Shown here piece after piece: positions 39,993 to 64,000 of a stretch of 64,000 nt of DNA. The stretch spans positions 134,558,005-134,622,004 of the forward strand of contig NC_068983.1 of assembly GCF_001194135.2 (NCBI RefSeq), given 5' to 3'. The number at the start of each line of letters is the position of its first letter. Positions within the stretch are counted from its first letter, which is position 1. A program made the position numbers and the translations under genes. This stretch comes from Octopus bimaculoides. Taxonomy: Eukaryota. The notes beneath the pieces were generated by a model. That model was not told the DNA's origin. It saw nothing but the letters and a program-made list of their open reading frames with translations, and did no database searches.

Positions 39993-42900
39993 CTCAAAAC
40001 CAACACAATATCAGTATATATATATATCATATACATACAAGATGTATATATGCAAGTCAATACAAAGTAGACAATATACACAATACATTATAACTGTCGA
40101 GTCAAAATGTATTTTATTAACTAAATTATAGCTGATTTTCCTGCGTCTCTTCAAAGGTAAAAATGATTTTTATTTTGCATTTTGAGGAGAGAAAGAGAAA
40201 TATTTCAACAACTACAATTATCAGGCATCACCTTGTTATAAAATGTGTGTGATGCTGTATTTGTTCAAGAAAAAAGCATACAGATACAAATTAAGTATTC
40301 TTCAGGAAGTGAAGTGTGTTTATTTAGTGACTAGAGTATATATATCTGGTCTGGTTAAAGAATCAGAGGCTAGCTGAGAGCAGATTCAGTAGGAATTGAA
40401 ACAGAATTTGTTGTAAACTAGTCACCAAATAAGGGACACACAATTTTATATTATTACATGTGGAGCAACTGATAGAAACATTAAAAAAAATTGAATACCT
40501 TACAGTATTTGTAATCTAAAGGGGCACTGCTTTACAAATCAATATTACAAGTAGATCACCTGGTTAAACTTATCAAACATGAGTAAGCAAATTCACTACT
40601 TTACATTCACATACACACACAAATATATGTATGTATGAAATAAACGTATAAAACACAACCTGGTAGCTTCTATCAGGCTTTCAGTCGTGAGCAGTTCCAG
40701 ACACTTTCACCTTTGAGAGAAAAACATTGAGGCTTCATCAGTTGTTTGTTGGGACTTGTTTTCTGTTGAGTAGACAAGAGGAATATGGAGTAAAGTACCT
40801 TGCTCAAGGACACAATCGAACCCATGAGGTCTGTTCACATACGCTTTTCTGTGCTGGCATGGGTTGGTTAGGTTTTCTAATGTGGGTTTATGGCTAAATG
40901 CCCCATCCTCTTCTTTCCAACTTCTTTTTAGTTGCCTCTTAAAACCTGCAGAAACATGGGTGCACCTATTCTAAAATTGGAATTTATATACACAAATACA
41001 TAAACACTACTGGTTTTAGTCAGTGAACTGTAGCTTACAAATATATATACATATATATATATATACATACGCACACACACAGTAATATATTTTGATATCT
41101 AATATCAAGGGTGAACTGTTTACTTCGAACTTTTGCTAAAAATAAAGAATATTTTGACAACAACTGGTATTGGGTCTTTTATTCAGTGCATGTTTAGTGT
41201 ACTCAAGTACACAAACTTACAAAAAGGGTTTTATATATGATTGTATGTATGTAGACACACACACACACAATGTTTATATTTTGCACATTTTTAATAAGTA
41301 CCAATTTGTTTAAACAAAGAAAAAACAAAGCAAAGCAAAAATATTTGTAGATAACATTCAGTGAATCAAGGACTGTGAATCTTCTATCAGTAATCTTAGT
41401 AGAACGCCTCATAAGGAACAGGAACAGAATTGCCAAGGCAAGAATAAGGCAAAATAATTTTATGTTCTAGAACATACTTCTAAAGGAACATTTGTTTTTA
41501 GAGAAGAAAAAAGAAAAAGTCGAGGGATGAGATTTTTCTTTGACTTAGATCTAAACCAATTTTCAAGAGAAGTGTAACTGGTAACAATGACATATTTCCC
41601 TCAGTATATTACCGATTTTAATAACTGTTAAATTATGAAAGCTAATCTCAGATATTGAATTCAATTCACTGAAGCCTAAGATATTTTATTTAGCTCACTA
41701 TTTACTAAGAAAATCAAGGAAAAGTATAAAAAAAACAAACTAAATGAAATTATAATAAGACTGATACGAAAGTTACATTATATGAATGCTTTTTAAAATT
41801 TTTGTTTTCTTTTTTAACAACAAGTGTTGTATATTTCTACCATTTTATTTTTTGCATTGGGAAACAAAGGTAGTCATAAGTATTGACTTTTAGATTATCA
41901 GTGAAAGCCAACAGTTCATATCCCATTAAGAGCAGCAATGTGTTGTCTTCATAGTGACAACATATGTTCAGTCATTGAATATCATGATCTATCAAGCATA
42001 AAATCACTGCTTGAAAAATGGGAAAACTGTTATTAACAGGTGTTTAATTAACTTGCAGTGTTCAGTTCATGTCCTCCACTGATCCGGGAGTAGGAAATGG
42101 AGAAACCAACTTCATTTTCTTCTTTAATAGAATCTCACAAATTTCAATCTCACACCTAACACATCTAAGGAAGAAAATAGCAATTGAGATTTGTTGCTCT
42201 AAACTAGATCTGGTAAAAACTAACCAGAGTGGTGAGAAAAATAAGTGCCAAATGAGGAATTTCCACTAGTTTAGAAATTGTGCAACTAAAGTTTCTACTT
42301 TAAACTTGAAGTTACATTATGATGCTACTGTGTCTGTAGATTTAGCAATGAAAAAAGAAAAGAACAAATATAAATTAGATTAAGGACTTTGTTTTAATGT
42401 TTATAAATGACAACAGAAGGGGAACTAAAGAAATTTGAGACAGTCTGTTTACAATCACCATGACATTTCTGTATTTATTAATTTTTTTTTTGTAAAAGAC
42501 TAACATAAAATTAAAACAAGATATATTTATGTATAAAGTGAAATATTTGCAACCTTCTCCTCCCCAATGCCAGTAATGGATAAATATGCAACAAATACAA
42601 TCAGTTATGTAAGTGGTTACCCATTTATTTGTAGCCAGCAGTACATTAACTATTAAGTGCACTAGATGCAATTTTTTTCTGAAAGTCTCCAGTCATCGAA
42701 CCACCATTGGATGGGAGTAAAAAACCCTCAGGTTCCAATGGAACTATATTTCAAATAAAATGCAAATTGCTCTACTAGACATGCCTGAGGCATTGTGCCT
42801 CATGGATAACTTCTTAGAAGTTTCAAATCCCAAGTCAATTCAAGTTGAAGCCAGCCTGACATTTCAACCTGAATTGCAACATTGAACTTCTATTGGAGCA

Positions 42901-45559
42901 ACCACAACAACAGAAACTTCCTTTAACAGACAGACAATCATAATTAAGAAGAAATATAAAACTGACATTCTTTAAATATCTTTAATCTTATGTATAAATG
43001 TGTGTCTGTATGTCAGCTTCTTGATGTGATAGGATGTTGAACTCAACTGAGGCAACTATTCCAGTCAAGTCATTGTGCTGTGCCTCTGACCAAGAACTTT
43101 CAAATGCCATTAAATTCACCAAGTAGTGAAAGAAATGACACAGAAAAGTAAATCTTATGGTTACAGACAGTAGCACTGTATAAATGATGACTGTTTTATT
43201 AGTTTTACAGTGCCAAGTTCAAATCTTGCCTTAGGTATTAGCCTGGAATTATGGGCTCTGTGTTGATTTGCCCAAAATACTCTCTACGAAGACAAATGGA
43301 TTATGGGTTTCACCAATTTATACACACAAATATATACAAGTGTGTTTACTAGAAAAATTACACAGAATCAATTTATGCATTTTTGCTAGTTCACTTTTAG
43401 ACAGGGGTCCTTTAGATATCTCAGTTGATAAGGTGTCTGACTTTTGGTTGGAAGGTCAACAGTTCATATCCTGTATGTAGACATCTTAGCACAAACCACT
43501 TTCAGTGACACATCATAATTCACTGGTGTGGTAGCCAATCATTGTTGCTTTGCCTACAGAACAAACCATACAGAGACATACTATAAGGTTTTTCTAAATG
43601 TTGAATATCAGGTTTGGGCTGAAGAATAGTATATTAATAGATTTGTTTCATATGGGTGAATCTAATCAAGTTATGCTTGCCCATGCTAATTAATAGGTGG
43701 TGCAGAAACAAATGAACAAGATTACACACACACAACCAGTAAACATTTTCTTTGTCATATTTATAATTAGAAGAAATACAAAATTCAGTTTTAATTAGGT
43801 TTTTTTTTTCATTAAATAAACAAAATGTGGAGAAGAGTTAAGTAGCTACTTAGGATTGCTGCAGTATTGTCTCTCTATGATATTAATCTTCTCTCAGCAA
43901 AAGTATTAATCTACAGTTTATATAATCAATATATCTAGTTCCTGACAGACAAACAAATCGATAAATAATAAATAAATATAAACACAAAAAAATTTAAGCC
44001 TTTGCAGCTTGGGGCTTTTTCAGAGGTAGATGAATTGCTTAGCAGCAAACTTAAAATAGGGTAGATCACATCAGTGTATGTGTCTAAACACATTTAAATA
44101 GTACGAGACAAACATAAAGCCAAAGAAATGCTGAGAGAAGTTTCAAAAGCATTTACAGAATGATAACATCTTTGTAAATTTAATTTCTTTATCTATTTCA
44201 AACAACTCCAACTCTAGAAGTTTTCAAATTTTCTTGTCTTTATTTACATATATAAGAGACTTCTACTTTTTTTTTTAATATTTGTTCCTATTTTATTATT
44301 TAGTGTTGGAACAAATAAAATTAGCAGGTTAACTACATGATTGGAAATAAATTATTTGATTAAAGAGAGGAAAATTAAAGTGAGGCCACTAAAGCTTAGA
44401 AAGAAACCCATCAGTTAAGTAATTGTTTCAGTTAAAAGTTAAGTGCAATAGCAACCAGCTCTGTAGTACTTCATCAGTTTGTTTCTTTAGTACTGCTCAA
44501 TAATTTGTGATAGGATTACAAAGAATTAGTGTATCAAGCCATGACCTAATAATCTAGTAGTCTGAAGATCCTTGATAAACATCAGTCCTGGCAATTCAAT
44601 AATAGAATTTCTAGGACATTATTTGATATAATCAATGTAATAGTGAAATTTCCACCAATAAACTCCTTTAACATATTTAAAAAGAGTGTATCAGATATTT
44701 TAATTCTTAAAAGATGAAATGGTCATAGCTTGAAATACTGATCAAATAAATGCTTCATTCGATCAGCTAACTCCATAGGTTTGCTTAAATAAAGCTAACT
44801 TAAATCCTCTTGCAAACTTCAACTAGATAAACCCCTGTTCCTGGATAAATTGCTAGTCTACAACAGATGGTCTTGTACCTGTTCTCTCCAGCTAGGTAAA
44901 GAGAGGTAAGTTGAGAAATGTATTTTAATCCAAGATACAATGAACTATCTATTACAACAGGATATGAACTGATGACTCTTGAGACAGGAGGAGTTGAATG
45001 GTGTCTCCAATTGACCCATTTAACTTCAACAAACTGCATATAATATATGCAGATTAAAAACTTTATTTTATTTTAATTTTTCAGGAAGCCATCAACTGAT
45101 TAAAGTCTTTGGTTACAAAGAGGGAGAAATAAATACAGTTCTTTACAATCTTACATAAAGTCAAAATTAAAAAAAAAAAGGCTTTTAAATAAAAGGAGGT
45201 TAAATCTCATAAGTTGCTTTGTTTAATCCTTCTTCCTAACCTCACAACATTGTTAGGATAATTAACTGGGCAAAAAATGGAATGTCAATGCCAATGTACA
45301 GACTCATTGGGCTTACAGGAATTATAAAACAAAAAAAAACCAAAAACAAAAAAACATTGCCCAATATTTACGTGATTGTCTGTTGTTAAACAGTTACAGC
45401 CTGTTGCAGTATATTTTAATTTAATTTCCCAATGAAACCCACTACTGGCTTCCTTGACAGTTACTTCATGATAATATAGCTCCCTTCCCATGTGCTTTTA
45501 TTATATCTTGTGGAAGGGAGAAATGAAGCAAAATCCAATCTTCAGATTAGCCTGATTGC

Positions 45560-61683
<16,124 letters not shown>

Positions 61684-62099
61684 CTAGAAATAGAAATATA
61701 ATATTTAATCAGTGAAGAATTTGAAGAGGAGAATGAGACAAAGAAAGTAACACAATTCATTGAGTGGAAAGAAGTTGAGTATGTGATATTATGAAACACA
61801 CCTAGTATATATATAAATATATATTATGATACTGTTGTCAATAGAGTAATAAATTATGGCAGATTGAGGAAACATTACAGCTGACACATAATGGGAAATA
61901 GCCAAAACTACAGTCATAATAGTCTTAGCAAACCAAAGTATATGATTTTTTTTTTATTAGTTGATTTTTAGTTACTAGAAGGTAATACTCACTGGCTATA
62001 TTACTAATATATTATTGTTCAACAATTAGTTTCACATATCAAAAGATTGTTTGTTGAAAGAAAGAGAGAATATATATGAGGAGAGAGGAATAAGTGGAG

Positions 62100-62115
62100 A
62101 AGCAGGAGGAGAAGG

Positions 62116-62151
<36 letters not shown>

Positions 62152-62179
62152 AAGAGAGAGAAAGAGAGANNNNNNNNNN

Positions 62180-62230
<51 letters not shown>
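62100..62230. repeat. (GA)n tract with a 10-N gap (62170-62179)
   Basis: Direct reading. Confidence 0.95.
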
Positions 62231-62235
<5 letters not shown>

Positions 62236-62904
62236 CTTCTTCTCCCACCCATTATTCAACTTTAGTAGGTTAGGTCCTATTAAGTAAATAGTTCAATAGT
62301 GATTGTATTGTACATCAATAACTATTGATTTAGGCCTTATTTTGGAGCAGTAGTTGGACTGAAGACAGTCAAATTAATGGCAGTATGGGAGCAAAACCTT
62401 GTTTTGTTTCACCTCAAATGATATATGCAGAATAAGCACACCTTGCATATAAATATTATACAAATAGGCAGAGTATCATTTGAACTCATGACATAGTAGT
62501 TATTCAATATCTTAAGGAGTAGGAGAAGTAATTTTTTAAAAATGAATACAGACAGTATGGTTGCAACAGTAAAGTACTGGACTGCAGAGTACATAGTCAC
62601 TAGCATTTACAATATGCTTCTAGGTCAGATCTATAATTTAGCTGGGCTCATATTGTCTGACTAACAGGCACCACTCCAACTTGATTAAAAGCTGGAAAAT
62701 AAATGACAGTTGTTACACAACTTATTATATAAGATTTACACACGAGAAAAATTTCTAAATTCACAAAATCCATCCCACTCATGCCAGTACAGAATGAATA
62801 ATAAAATGGTTTCAAATTTAGATACATGAAGATAATGATGATGATGACGATAACAAATTTCAGGAGAGATACAACAAATTCAATCAAACCCTACCATCTT
62901 ACTC

Positions 62905-63340
62905 ATGCTTGTTAGTTGCTTGACTTTAACCAGTTGAGCATGTCCCTCAATAACTGATGATATGTGCATCTCTAATCACAAGCAGGAGTAGTGGGAAAGC
63001 ATCACAGCCATGTGATGAATGGAATTCTTTAGAGTTTGAATAATTCACTTCTGGAAATATTCATCATCCTTAAACAACCCTTATTCAGGGATCTTTTGAG
63101 CGAGATGGGCCACCCGACCTGAAGAAAATTCTAACTGGGCTCTATCTGCAAGGTCACACGCTGTTTATCTTGAAAATGAGATCACCATGTCATGCACATA
63201 TGGTTGTGATGCATGTGCCTAATGTACTCTTATCAGAGGGGTAGTCATGAGGAGTATATTGGGTTTAGTATATTTGTATCCCATGTCACTTTGATGGCAT
63301 GCACTGCTCTGTCACTCAATAATAATAATAATAATAATAA
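62905..63340 (+). repeat. Interspersed repeat ending in (AAT)n, unclassified
   Basis: The 5' part is homologous to 34393-34525; (AAT)n tail at ~63317-63340 is shared with an adjacent minus-strand SINE fragment. Confidence 0.55.
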
Positions 63341-64000
63341 GCCTTTCTACTATAGGCACAAGGCCTGAAATTTTGGGGAGGGTGATAGTCGATTACATTG
63401 ACCCCAGCACTCAACTGGAAAAAACAGCAAGGTAAACTGATCAAAGAGTAGATGACTTGGAATTCCAAGGAGGGAAAAATAATGAAGGAGCTGAACAAAA
63501 ATGTACATTCTACAAATATCCGAACACAAATGACAAACTATTTGTGTAAAACGTGTCCAAATGAGAATGAAAAATAAATGCATGGCCAATTGAAAGATAC
63601 TAAAAACTCAACGGCAAGAACATGTTGATGTTGTGTACCATTATCATCAATGTCAGTTACAGTATATAGGTCTGCGGTATTGTACTGAATTACAATAAAA
63701 CTAATATTCATAAACAGTCATGTGATAAATATATTAAAAAGAAAAAATAATCCCATACTGCACAATAAGTCAGACACCCAGCAACAACACATCACAGGAG
63801 ATTACTGAGTGTCAAAGAGCAGTCATTTATGTTGTCACTACTTTTCTAACTCACGAGATCTGTTACATGCCCTTGTTGACTATAATGGGAAAGTAGCAAA
63901 TTGATTCTATTTGTAACAACAAAATCCATGCAAAAAATTGGTTGAAACTTCAAACAACTGAAGCCTGGATCTAACACAGCAGCCAAAACAGTCAAACTAA

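Noticed and set aside
42070-42170. Minus-strand terminal-exon-like peptide CVRCEIEICEILLKKKMKLVSPFPTPGSVEDMN*
   Set aside because: It has a plausible acceptor, but no linked exons or recognisable homology; it may be UTR or intergenic.

Overview
Eukaryotic, AT-rich, repeat-dense genomic DNA with three N gaps. The repeat families and microsatellite load suggest an octopus or other coleoid cephalopod (inference only). Two convergent spliced genes were reconstructed by hand with GT-AG sites and consistent phases, and each lacks its 5' exons in this window. The first is the 3' 11 exons of an ABCG2-like half transporter (+, 8421-27622). The second is the 3' 10 exons of phosphatidylserine synthase PTDSS1 (-, 61683-45560). 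Introns and the ~18 kb between the genes contain decayed mariner, DD37D Tc1/mariner, RTE and R4/Dong LINEs, Penelope-like elements, tRNA-derived SINEs, piggyBac-, hAT- and TA-type MITEs, Helitron-like ends and microsatellites. Top leads: (1) a ~600-bp repeat ending in a type I hammerhead ribozyme fold, in three copies, one with an intact core; (2) a 146-bp fold-back next to an ABCG exon carrying a candidate minimal U3/A8 hammerhead; (3) a 199/200-identical inverted duplication bracketing two ABCG exons; (4) an unexplained CpG-rich, motif-dense island in a PTDSS1 intron; (5) an array of H-type pseudoknot motifs in RTE 3' UTRs. No database searches or folding programs were run. Protein comparisons are from memory, and repeat boundaries are approximate unless TIRs or TSDs are quoted.
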